Made by a program: the position numbers and the translations under genes
Virus record (IMG/VR): IMGVR_UViG_3300033076_000024
Location: 1 to 25,076 of that record
Origin: a virus
Lineage: Duplodnaviria; Caudoviricetes
Length of the DNA stretch: 25,076 nucleotides
Strand: one strand, 5' to 3'
Part shown: in pieces, positions 1 to 8,742 of the stretch
Layout: every line of letters starts with the position of its first letter
Numbering within the stretch: position 1 is the first letter of the stretch
The notes under the pieces: model-generated
The model's input: the letters and a program-made list of their open reading frames with translations, nothing else
What the model was told of the DNA's origin: nothing
Database searches by the model: none

Positions 1-2
1 GG

Positions 3-1535
3 GTGGGCTGGGAACATGCCGATACCGCTAAGTTCATGCGGAGTGAGTTTGTTCTTCAAGCCATCTGCGCTCACCTAGAAGCTTGTGCCCACGGTGAAAT
101 CCGCAACCTTATCATTAACATCCCGCCCCGGTGCGGGAAGTCTATCGTGGTGGGATCTATCCTCCCCTCATGGGTATTTGCCCAAGGCGTAAGGGGCCCA
201 CTGACTGGAAACGGCACACAGTTCCTTTGTGCATCGCACTCTATGATCCTGTCCACGCAGGATAGTATTCGTTGCCGCCGTCTCATCGAAAGCGGCTGGT
301 ATCAGCAACTCTGGGGTAGCCGGGTAAAACTATCGGAAGATCAGAATGTTAAAACACGTTTCCAGCTTGATGCGGGTGGAGCCAGAATCGCGACTTCCAT
401 TGGCGCTACTACTACTGGCTTGGGTGGCGATTGGCTTATCCTTGATGATCCGAACCCCGCCGGAACCGAAGCGAACTCCGATGCCATCATTGAATCTACA
501 CTGGAATGGTTTGATTCAGCATGGAGTACCCGTGCCAATAATCCCCGTACAGCCTGCAACGTCATCATTCAACAGCGCGTGTCTACACGAGACATCACAA
601 ATCATGTTTTGGAACAATCAATTGGGGAGTGGGAACACCTTTACCTGCCCATGAGGTTTGAGTCCGAACGGAGGTGCCATACCTCCATTTGGATTGATCC
701 CCGTGAGGAAGAAGGCGAATTGCTCTGGCCGGAACGGTTTGGTGATGAAGAAGTTACCATTCTGGAGAAGAAGCTGGGGGCCTTCACGGCAGCAGGCCAG
801 CTTCAGCAGCGCCCGGAAGTGAAGGGCGGCGGCATCATCAAGCGCCTCTATTGGCAGCCTTGGGAAGAAGATGTCTACCCCAACTTTGATTATGTCGTAG
901 CCTCAGTCGATACCGCCTACACCACAAAGGAAGAGAACGACTTCTCAGCCATGACGGTGTGGGGCATTTGGAACGACACAGGATCATACTCTACCGCCCA
1001 AACCGGGCCAGTGGGAGGCCGGATCGAAGGCCAAATGCGTATCGACAAGGCAGATACGCCGCGAATTATGATGATGAATGCTTGGCAGGGGCGAATGGAG
1101 CTTCATGAGCTAATTCATAAGATCCACGATACCTGCCGTAAGATGAAAGTAGATACCCTGCTTATTGAAAACAAAGCCTCAGGTATCTCCGTCTCACAGG
1201 AAATGCGCCGCATTTTCGGCATCGAAGACTATGGCTTGCGCCTGATTGATCCTAAAGGTGGGGATAAGGTAGCCCGCGCCTATGCCATCCAGCATCTATT
1301 CGAGGAAGGCTTGATATGGGCCCCCGTCGATAGGGTATGGTGCGACATGGTAATTACCCAATGCGCCCAGTTTCCCAAAGGGCAGCACGATGACTTGGTG
1401 GATACCGTTACCCAAGCTCTTCGCTTCTTACGCGCCACAGGCATGATACAACGTGGTTCCGAACGGACGCATGAACTGGCAGAAAACAGCAAGAGCTGGA
1501 ATGCCACATCCAATCAACCTCTTTACCCGGTGTAG
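3..1535 (+). CDS. terL: Terminase large subunit (5'-truncated by the window edge)
   Basis: Walker A NIPPRCGKS, Walker B WLILDDP, coupling motif IIQQR, RNase H-like nuclease motifs SVDTAY and HDDLVD; lies upstream of the portal. The frame is open from the window start, so the GTG at 3 is probably not the true start. Confidence 0.95.
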   Translation: MGWEHADTAKFMRSEFVLQAICAHLEACAHGEIRNLIINIPPRCGKSIVVGSILPSWVFAQGVRGPLTGNGTQFLCASHSMILSTQDSIRCRRLIESGWYQQLWGSRVKLSEDQNVKTRFQLDAGGARIATSIGATTTGLGGDWLILDDPNPAGTEANSDAIIESTLEWFDSAWSTRANNPRTACNVIIQQRVSTRDITNHVLEQSIGEWEHLYLPMRFESERRCHTSIWIDPREEEGELLWPERFGDEEVTILEKKLGAFTAAGQLQQRPEVKGGGIIKRLYWQPWEEDVYPNFDYVVASVDTAYTTKEENDFSAMTVWGIWNDTGSYSTAQTGPVGGRIEGQMRIDKADTPRIMMMNAWQGRMELHELIHKIHDTCRKMKVDTLLIENKASGISVSQEMRRIFGIEDYGLRLIDPKGGDKVARAYAIQHLFEEGLIWAPVDRVWCDMVITQCAQFPKGQHDDLVDTVTQALRFLRATGMIQRGSERTHELAENSKSWNATSNQPLYPV

Positions 1536-1537
1536 CT

Positions 1538-1789
1538 ATGATACTGTGTGATGCCATCGTTGACGCCTTAGGCGAGAACAAGTTCAGGGTTTCCGTTAGT
1601 GGTAACGGGTGTGGTATTATGTATGAGATCGTAGCGGTGTCCGAGGGTGACGCCGCTTTTGAAGCTATGCGGCGGTTTCAGGATGACGTTTTGGGCGTTT
1701 TAGCGCATAATGAAAACCACGGCCCCGTTGAATGGCGGGATTGGATTCCAGAGGGCGTTGAGCCTGATTTGGATAAGAAAGTGAACTGA
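1538..1789 (+). CDS. Hypothetical protein (83 aa)
   Basis: Fills the terL-portal gap exactly (2 nt after the terL stop, 1 nt before the portal ATG); no recognisable motif. Confidence 0.6.
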   Translation: MILCDAIVDALGENKFRVSVSGNGCGIMYEIVAVSEGDAAFEAMRRFQDDVLGVLAHNENHGPVEWRDWIPEGVEPDLDKKVN

Positions 1790-1790
1790 T

Positions 1791-3965
1791 ATGGCAGGTT
1801 TAACGCCCGGATTGAATCCAAACATTCGTTTAGTTGATGATTCCCTAGAGGCTCAGCCCCAACTGGAAGGGATGGATGTCCTTGTCATGGAGGACGCGCC
1901 TGAGGGCGGCGGTGCCGAAATGGACATGGAAGGCAATGTCCTGCGTATCGAACATGATGATGGTTCGATTTCGATCTCCTTAGATGGCCAACCAATTGAG
2001 CGCGCTAAGAAAAAGAAGCGTGAAGGGTGGTATAAGAACCTTGCCGAAGACATGCCTGACAATGATCTTGGCTCAATTGCCGAAGATCTTATGCGTGGCA
2101 TCAACCAAGATCTGGATAGCCGTAAAGAATGGATCGAAGATCGGGCTCAGGGCATCCGCCTGCTGGGCCTAAAGATTGAAATTCCGGGGCTTCAGGGTGC
2201 TGCCGATGGCGCTCCGGTTGAAGGCATGTCCAAAGTGCGTGCGCCGATCCTTCTGGAATCGGTTCTTCGCTTCCAAGCCAATTCCCGTTCAGAGCTTCTG
2301 CCTACAGACGGCCCTGTAAAGATTCGTATTGATGGCTACGGCAATCGCAGCTCCAGTCAAGACAACCTTGCGGATGCTCTTGAAAAGGATATGAACCACT
2401 TTCTGACGGTAACTGCCTCAGAATACTATCCCGATACCGATAAAATGCTGTTTCAGCTTGGTTTCGGCGGTTCTGCGTTCAAAAAAGTCTATTTCTGCCC
2501 TCTTCGCAACCGTCCAGTGTCCGAAACAATCGACGCTGACGATTTGATTGTGAACAATCAGGCGACGGATTTAGCCAATGCCAAGCGTATCACGCATCGA
2601 ATCTTCATGCGCCCATCTGTTGTTAAGCGTATGCAGATTATTGGCGCATATCGAGACGTTGAGCTGGGCGATCCGACGCCGCAGCAGCCTGACGCAGTGC
2701 AAATTGAAAAGGCTCAGCAGCAGGGCATTCAACTGGATCAGGGCTTCGCAATAGATCGTGATCGTGAAATCTATGAATGCTACTGCGAATTAGACATTCC
2801 GGGCTTTGAACACGAAATCAACGGCGAAAAAACCGGCCTTGAAGTCCCATACCGTGTGACAATTGACGTATCTACAAAAAAGATCCTGTCGATTGTTCGC
2901 AACTATGCAGAAACAGATCAAGATCTGCCCACTGCCAAAAAAGTGTTTGTGAAATATACCTTTGTGCCGGGCCTTGGTTTCTACGACATCGGCCTTCTGC
3001 ACATTTTGGGTAACACAACCAATGCCGTTACTGCTGCGTGGCGGGAATTGTTGGACGCAGGTATGTACTCCAACTTCCCCGGCTTCCTCTATGCCAAGCA
3101 AGGAGCCCGTCAAAATAGCAACATTTTCCGGGTTCCTCCCGGGGGCGGCGCTCAAATTGATACGGGTGGACTGTCCATTCAGCAAACCGTCATGCCTCTT
3201 CCGTATAAAGAGCCTTCTGGGGCTTTGATGAACTTGGCCAACTACATTTATGAGAATGGCCAGCGCATCGGCGGTACGGCTGAGATGGCAGTCGGAGAAG
3301 GCAAGCAAGAAGCACCTGTTGGAACCACGCTGGCCCTAATTGAGCAGGCAACAAAGGTTCTTTCGGCAGTTCACAAGCGCCTTCATGCGTCTCAGGCAGA
3401 AGAATTCCAGCTTTTGGCTGAATGCTTCCGCGAACATCCCAATTCATTCTGGAAGGGGAACAAGCGTCCAGCTTATCCGTGGGATGAGGCAACTTTCGTT
3501 GCGGCTCTTTCTGACTATGATTTGGTGCCACAGGCGGATCCAAACACAGCCAGCCATGTGCAGCGCGTCATGAAAGTGATGGCTCTGATCCAATTGGCTC
3601 AACAGGCTCCGCAACTATATAATTTGGCTGAAGTTAACAAAAAAGCCCTCAAAACCATTGGTTGGGATCAAGTTGACGAGCTTCTTGCTCCTCCGCGCCC
3701 GCCTATGCCGGATCCAAAAGTGCAGGCTGATATGCTGGATGCCCAAGCCAAAGTGGCAACAGCTCAGGCCAAAATGCAGGAAACAGCAGTTAAGGCCAAG
3801 GATGTTGAGATTGACGGGGCCAATCGCACGGCAGATCGTGAGAGCCGTGAGCGTATTGCCTATGCCAACTTGATTAAGGAGATAGCAACCGATCCGGCGG
3901 CTGCTCCTGTGGTTGAGCAGATGGTAACGCCAGATTTTGTCCGCAACCTGATGCAACCCGGTTGA
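1791..3965 (+). CDS. Portal protein (P22-like)
   Basis: 724 aa after terL; motifs LLPTDGPVK, GSAFKKVYF, YTFVPGLGFYDIGLLH, PVGTTLALIEQATKVLSAVHKRLH; Gln-rich helical C-terminus typical of P22-type portals. Confidence 0.88.
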   Translation: MAGLTPGLNPNIRLVDDSLEAQPQLEGMDVLVMEDAPEGGGAEMDMEGNVLRIEHDDGSISISLDGQPIERAKKKKREGWYKNLAEDMPDNDLGSIAEDLMRGINQDLDSRKEWIEDRAQGIRLLGLKIEIPGLQGAADGAPVEGMSKVRAPILLESVLRFQANSRSELLPTDGPVKIRIDGYGNRSSSQDNLADALEKDMNHFLTVTASEYYPDTDKMLFQLGFGGSAFKKVYFCPLRNRPVSETIDADDLIVNNQATDLANAKRITHRIFMRPSVVKRMQIIGAYRDVELGDPTPQQPDAVQIEKAQQQGIQLDQGFAIDRDREIYECYCELDIPGFEHEINGEKTGLEVPYRVTIDVSTKKILSIVRNYAETDQDLPTAKKVFVKYTFVPGLGFYDIGLLHILGNTTNAVTAAWRELLDAGMYSNFPGFLYAKQGARQNSNIFRVPPGGGAQIDTGGLSIQQTVMPLPYKEPSGALMNLANYIYENGQRIGGTAEMAVGEGKQEAPVGTTLALIEQATKVLSAVHKRLHASQAEEFQLLAECFREHPNSFWKGNKRPAYPWDEATFVAALSDYDLVPQADPNTASHVQRVMKVMALIQLAQQAPQLYNLAEVNKKALKTIGWDQVDELLAPPRPPMPDPKVQADMLDAQAKVATAQAKMQETAVKAKDVEIDGANRTADRESRERIAYANLIKEIATDPAAAPVVEQMVTPDFVRNLMQPG

Positions 3966-4002
3966 TTTTGGGTTAAAATAGGCCAGACGCTAGGGGTTTC
4001 TT

Positions 4003-6252
4003 ATGATGGACGCGGTACAAAAAGCTCTTCGGATTGCCAAGGCTGATGGCGGTGGATCTGTTCAAGGTTCGCCTGATGCCGCGCCAGCAGCAGGACAAGA
4101 TTATTCTAGTTTTGTGCAAGGGCTGTATCAATCAGAGCTTGGCCGCGCTCCTGATCCTACTGGATTGCAAGGGTGGGTTAATGCCCTTCAATCAGGACAA
4201 ATGAACCAAGAACAAGTGCGGCAGGGCATTCTTGGATCGCCTGAAAACCAAGTACAAGATTTGTATCAAAGTATGCTTGGGCGTCAAATTGATCCAACGG
4301 GTTATGGTTGGGTAAATGCGCTTCAATCGGGCTCAATGACACCAGAGCAAATTAAAGCTGGAATTCTTGGATCCCCTGAATATCAAAAACTTAATCCATC
4401 AGTGGGTGGAGCAGGTGGCGCTTCTAGTGCAACACCTATTAAAACAACAACCACCGGTATAACTGACACTGCAACTCCTGTTGATATTACAAAACAGGGT
4501 ATGCCGCTGATTTATACGCCGCCTCCGTATAAGGATTATGGCGCAACAGCAGCAGCGTTCCGTGTTGCATCTGGGCTTGAAAACCTTCCTGCTCCTTTTG
4601 CTACGATGAGCCCAGTTGTTGGTGGTACTCCGGCTGGAGGTGAGGGCGGCACAACTAGCGGCGGAACCATTAATAATGGCGCTACTGGTGGCGAAACAAT
4701 TGCTGGCGGCGATGCAAAAACATCAGCTTATCAACAAGCTTTAAAAAATATTGTAAAGCAACAAGAGACAAAAAAACCATTTGAATCATCTTCAATGGAA
4801 AATTATTTAACAAGTTTATATAGAAAAGAACTTGGCCGCGATCCAGATCCACAAGGATTAAAGGGTTGGTTAGATGCTATTGCATCTGGAAAAATGACAC
4901 CTGAACAAGTGCGTCAAGGAATTTTAGCTTCCCCAGAAAACCAAATTCAAGATTTATATTTACAATATCTTGGCCGAGCCCCCGATCCTGTTGGATTAGA
5001 AGGCTGGACAAGAGCGCTTCAAAGTGGCCAAATATCTCCGCAAGAACTTGCGGCTGCTATTAAAAATTCTCCTGAAGCTCAGGGATTGGGTGCAGCATAT
5101 AAAGAAGTTGGCGGGCGTCCAAGTCAAGAAAATGCAAATTTAATTAGTGACGCTTATGTTAAATATTTAGGAAGGCAACCAGAGTCTTCTGGTATGGTTG
5201 CATGGAACAATGCAATTGCATCTGGTTCTACTCCACAGGAAGTTGTTTCTGGTATTGCAAATTCACCAGAAGCCGCAATTAGAAATGCTTATGTTACATA
5301 TCTTGGGCGTGAACCAGATCCATCTGCTTCTGCTTGGAGCCAAGCCTTAGCATCTGGCCAATTATCTATGGATCAAGTTATTGCTGGAATTGCTAATTCT
5401 CCAGAAGCGCAATTGCGTGGATTTAAATCAGGTGGTGCTGTTAAGAATTACGAAGATGGTGGCGCTACTACTTCTAATTATGATGAACTTGTACGCGCTG
5501 CATATAAAGAATTTTTAGGCCGTGAACCTGATCCAACCGGATATAGCGGATGGATTGGAATGTTAGAGAGTGGACAATTAAGTCCACAAGATTTTGCTGA
5601 CAAATTTAATGCTGGCTATGAAGATGAAGTTTATCGCGCCTATCGTGATATTCTAAACCGTCAGCCTGATGCAGAAGGTATGGCAGGATGGATGAAAGCT
5701 CTTCAATCTGGATCTGTAAAGCCAGATCAATTGCCTGAAATGTTTAAGCAATCTGCTGAATATAAAAACATTGCTAAAGAAAATGCTATGAAAGAATATT
5801 ACGAAGGTTTAAAAAAAATGGTTCCTACATCTGATTTATATTCAGAAAAGCAAGGCAACCGAATGTACAACATTGATATTGGCAATGTTGAGCGGATACC
5901 AGAGCTTGGCCGCATGGCAGCCCCGGTTAATGTCAAAGAAGCTTTTGAAAACAGTGAAATTGAACGTCTTAAACGCGAGCTAGCATCAGCTAAATCTGGC
6001 AGCGGCAATAGCGGCGGTGGCGGCGGCGGTGGTGGCGGCAGCGACGGTGGCGGATCTAATTTTGGTGGCAGCGATGCGTCTGGTACTGCTGGTGGCGTCA
6101 ATGGATCCGATTACGGCGGTGGATCAGGTGACTCTCCCGGAAGCACAGGTGGTTCTCCCGGCGCTGATGGAACTGGCTTGGCAAGGGGTGGTTATATTGG
6201 CAACAATGCCATTGATAACGCCCTTCGTATGATCAAAGCGGATCGACGTTGA
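4003..6252 (+). CDS. DUF4214-repeat protein (8 repeats) with xxGG motifs
   Basis: Eight copies of LYxxxLGRxPDxxGxxGWxxALxSG...SPE in four tandem pairs; Gly/Ser-rich tail; motifs KADGG, FKSGG, YEDGG, LARGG. Confidence 0.8.
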   Translation: MMDAVQKALRIAKADGGGSVQGSPDAAPAAGQDYSSFVQGLYQSELGRAPDPTGLQGWVNALQSGQMNQEQVRQGILGSPENQVQDLYQSMLGRQIDPTGYGWVNALQSGSMTPEQIKAGILGSPEYQKLNPSVGGAGGASSATPIKTTTTGITDTATPVDITKQGMPLIYTPPPYKDYGATAAAFRVASGLENLPAPFATMSPVVGGTPAGGEGGTTSGGTINNGATGGETIAGGDAKTSAYQQALKNIVKQQETKKPFESSSMENYLTSLYRKELGRDPDPQGLKGWLDAIASGKMTPEQVRQGILASPENQIQDLYLQYLGRAPDPVGLEGWTRALQSGQISPQELAAAIKNSPEAQGLGAAYKEVGGRPSQENANLISDAYVKYLGRQPESSGMVAWNNAIASGSTPQEVVSGIANSPEAAIRNAYVTYLGREPDPSASAWSQALASGQLSMDQVIAGIANSPEAQLRGFKSGGAVKNYEDGGATTSNYDELVRAAYKEFLGREPDPTGYSGWIGMLESGQLSPQDFADKFNAGYEDEVYRAYRDILNRQPDAEGMAGWMKALQSGSVKPDQLPEMFKQSAEYKNIAKENAMKEYYEGLKKMVPTSDLYSEKQGNRMYNIDIGNVERIPELGRMAAPVNVKEAFENSEIERLKRELASAKSGSGNSGGGGGGGGGSDGGGSNFGGSDASGTAGGVNGSDYGGGSGDSPGSTGGSPGADGTGLARGGYIGNNAIDNALRMIKADRR

Positions 6253-6255
6253 TCC

Positions 6256-6284
6256 GTTGTTTGATTGGTTGAAAGTGGTATAAT
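6256..6284 (+). promoter_or_regulatory. Putative sigma70-type promoter (extended -10)
   Basis: TGgTATAAT at 6276-6284 in the intergenic gap; weak TTG-containing -35 region upstream; followed by hairpin CTTGGC/GCCAAG (6294-6320) and RBS GGAG at 6330. Confidence 0.6.
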
Positions 6285-6342
6285 TTCGCATTCCTTGGCG
6301 CGGCAGGGGCCTTAGCCAAGAATCAGATTGGAGAAGGTTCCT

Positions 6343-7899
6343 ATGGACTTCCGTAAGCAGGCCAAAGATAGCCGAGCCAAGAAACTGCATCAGATGACGG
6401 TTTCGGGCCCAGACGCCAAAGTCGATTCGTCCGATTTTACCCCCTATGCTGATCCTCAGATGGATAAGAAGACGGGGTTGAAGCCCAAGAACCCGCGCGC
6501 TTTTAAGCGTGGCGGTAAGGTAACTGCGCTGGAAGGGGATAAGGCCAAGAAGCGCGGTGATCGCATGGGCGCTAAAGGCCGTCGCGGCAAAATGGATGGC
6601 GGTGAGATTTCGGCTGAAGATAAGGCCAAATTGGCTGAAATGGCCGGTGCTGCTGCTAAGGAAAAGTCAGCCCCGCCGCGCGCCGCTAATGTTCCCCTGC
6701 CGCCGCGCCGTCCTGAAGCTAAGCCTGAGTTTCGCGCCAAAACCGATCTTTCGTCACCGTACAAAAAGGGTGGCCGCACTAAGAAAATGGTTGGCGGCGA
6801 CATCACTGCTGGTGGCAACCCACAGATCCCGTCTGGCCGGGGTGGCACTTCTCTTCTCCGCAAAGCCGTTGGTTTGGATTACAAGAAGGGTGGCGCTACC
6901 AAGAAAATGAACGGCGGCCCAATGATGGCTGGCCCGACTCAGACGCTGATGAAGCGCAAAACGCCGATGAACAACCCGGCTGCTAAGGCTCCTATGGTTA
7001 TGCCAATGCGTGCCAAAGGCGGAAAAGTGTCAGAGATGGAGTGGGAACACTCCAAGGAAGATCTGGCTCAGGACAAGAAACTGGCCAAAAAGCACGGTAT
7101 GTCACTGGAAAAGTGGGAAAAGTCGGAAGCTGACAAAAAGCACGACAAGCAACAGTCCACTAAGGGCTTGATGTGCGGTGGCCGTACTAAGAAAGCTGAC
7201 GGCGGTGGCAAGTGGATTCAAAAAGCCATTAAGAAGCCCGGCGCTCTTCACAAGCAACTTGGCGTTCCTAAGGGTGAAAAAATTCCGGCTGAAAAGTTGG
7301 AAGAAGCGGCTGAAAAGGGTGGCAAGTTGGGCAAGCGCGCCCGTTTGGCACAGACTTTGGGCCGCATGAACCGTGCTTCTGGTGGCCGCGCTAAGGGCAA
7401 ATCCAACATTAATATTGTGATTGCTCCGCAGCCTGCCGCTCAGGCTGGTATGCCGCCAATGGGTATGCCTCCGCGTCCGATGATGCCGCCGCCTCCGATG
7501 CCTGCTCCGGGTGGCGCTCCGGGTGGTATGCCTCCGGGTGCAATGGGTGGTGCAATGCCGATTCCGGTTCCGATGCCTATGGGCGGCGCTCCTGCTCCGG
7601 CTCCGCAAGGCGCTGGCGTTCCGGGCCTTCCGGGCATGGCTCCGCTTCCGCGCAAATCAGGTGGCCGCATTAAGTCATACAAAGACATGACTGCTGGCGC
7701 TGGTTCGGGTGAAGGCCGTCTTCAGAAGGAAGAAATGGCGGAATATAAGCGCACTGCCCGTAAGGCTGGTGGCAAAGTTCCAAACATGACGGCTGGCGCT
7801 GGTAGCGGCCCCGGACGTATCGAAAAGATACATGCTTACGGTGAGAATCCGCATGGAGACGCCGCTCCAAAGCCAAAAAAACGTAGTTGGATTGCCTAA
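6343..7899 (+). CDS. Lys/Gly/Pro/Met-rich low-complexity protein with repeated xxGG motifs (putative internal virion protein or polyprotein)
   Basis: ATG at 6343 follows GGAG and is preferred to the TTG at 6328; about 13 motifs such as FKRGG, YKKGG, KMDGG, KADGG, RKAGG; two copies of MTAGAGSGxGRxxK. Confidence 0.8.
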   Translation: MDFRKQAKDSRAKKLHQMTVSGPDAKVDSSDFTPYADPQMDKKTGLKPKNPRAFKRGGKVTALEGDKAKKRGDRMGAKGRRGKMDGGEISAEDKAKLAEMAGAAAKEKSAPPRAANVPLPPRRPEAKPEFRAKTDLSSPYKKGGRTKKMVGGDITAGGNPQIPSGRGGTSLLRKAVGLDYKKGGATKKMNGGPMMAGPTQTLMKRKTPMNNPAAKAPMVMPMRAKGGKVSEMEWEHSKEDLAQDKKLAKKHGMSLEKWEKSEADKKHDKQQSTKGLMCGGRTKKADGGGKWIQKAIKKPGALHKQLGVPKGEKIPAEKLEEAAEKGGKLGKRARLAQTLGRMNRASGGRAKGKSNINIVIAPQPAAQAGMPPMGMPPRPMMPPPPMPAPGGAPGGMPPGAMGGAMPIPVPMPMGGAPAPAPQGAGVPGLPGMAPLPRKSGGRIKSYKDMTAGAGSGEGRLQKEEMAEYKRTARKAGGKVPNMTAGAGSGPGRIEKIHAYGENPHGDAAPKPKKRSWIA

Positions 7900-7916
7900 T
7901 CAACTAGAACTAAGTG

Positions 7917-7945
7917 AGGGCCCGGACATTGATCCGGGCCTTTCT
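7917..7945 (+). terminator. Putative intrinsic terminator hairpin
   Basis: GGCCCGGA-cattga-TCCGGGCC followed by TTTCT, 18 nt after the stop at 7899; the U-tract is short. Confidence 0.6.
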
Positions 7946-7957
7946 CATGTTGTGGAT

Positions 7958-8161
7958 ATGGTTAATAAGTGCTGCGCTGTGTGCGGCGCGCCTTCTATTT
8001 TTATCGGGAAAACCATTTTGGGGCCCTGCACTGGCGAGAGCGTAGTGGTTAGTGTCAACAAGCGTGCCGCCCAAAAACGGTACGAAGCAATTGTTGAACA
8101 ACTTATCCAGTGGCAGAAGCATGACGAAAACATACGGTTCCCATCTGGAGAGGGTGTTTGA
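7958..8161 (+). CDS. Possible small hypothetical protein (67 aa, CCAVC)
   Basis: ATG after the terminator and fills an otherwise empty ~200 bp; weak RBS and a 41-nt overlap with the next gene. Confidence 0.3.
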   Translation: MVNKCCAVCGAPSIFIGKTILGPCTGESVVVSVNKRAAQKRYEAIVEQLIQWQKHDENIRFPSGEGV

Positions 8162-8342
8162 CGCTCTAGTCAATGAAGCTATTGAGAGCGAAAAGAACGT
8201 CTTAGAAAACGGAAATCTTGCATCTTTTGACGAATACAAGAACCGCGCGGGCTACATCCGTGGGCTTCGCACCGCTTTGGAATTGCTAGATGAGGCTGAA
8301 TACTTTGTCCGCACTGGCAAGAGGAAGGGAGAGGAAGAGTAA
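8121..8342 (+). CDS. Small helical head-region protein preceding the co-chaperonin
   Basis: MTKTYG...SFDEYKNRAGYIRGLRTALE; stop overlaps the next start (TAATG); start placed at ATG 8121 rather than 8052. Confidence 0.75.
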   Translation: MTKTYGSHLERVFDALVNEAIESEKNVLENGNLASFDEYKNRAGYIRGLRTALELLDEAEYFVRTGKRKGEEE

Positions 8343-8737
8343 TGCCCTATATGAAAATGACACATGCTGTTGATCCTAAAAAAGAAATCTGGGATCAGCT
8401 TGGCAACATCGACGATATTGAATTGTTCAATACGCAAGTCATGGTTGCCATTTATGTGCGCCCTGAAAAGACGGCTAGCGGCCTCTTTCTGGCGGCGCAA
8501 ACCCGTGATGAAGACAAATGGCAGGGCAAAACTGGCCTTGTTATCAAGAAAGGCCCGCAAGCTTTTGTAGAAGGTGACGATTCTGCATGGTTTGACGGCG
8601 TGAATGTCGATGTAAACGATTGGGTTTACTTCCGTCATTCTGACGCATGGCTTGTCACGGTGCATGGCGTCCTGTGCGCCATCCTCAAAGACGTTAATAT
8701 TCGAGGCAAAGTTGCCTCTCCTGATCAGGTTTGGTGA
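8342..8737 (+). CDS. groES: GroES/Cpn10-like co-chaperonin
   Basis: Mobile-loop-like EKTASGLFLA, G-x-V-xx-GP (GLVIKKGP), VDVNDWVYF and ILKDVNIRGKV match the Cpn10 pattern; RBS GAGGAAG. Confidence 0.85.
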   Translation: MPYMKMTHAVDPKKEIWDQLGNIDDIELFNTQVMVAIYVRPEKTASGLFLAAQTRDEDKWQGKTGLVIKKGPQAFVEGDDSAWFDGVNVDVNDWVYFRHSDAWLVTVHGVLCAILKDVNIRGKVASPDQVW

Positions 8738-8742
8738 TAGCT

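Noticed and set aside
973-1056. PVGGRI in a terminase loop as another xxGG site, or an intein
   Set aside because: A single occurrence in a short variable loop is expected by chance, and there are no intein splice motifs.
3962-3980. Promoter-like TTGATT...TAAAAT before the 4003 gene
   Set aside because: The two hexamers are far too close for a sigma70 promoter and there is no extended -10 TG at the right position.
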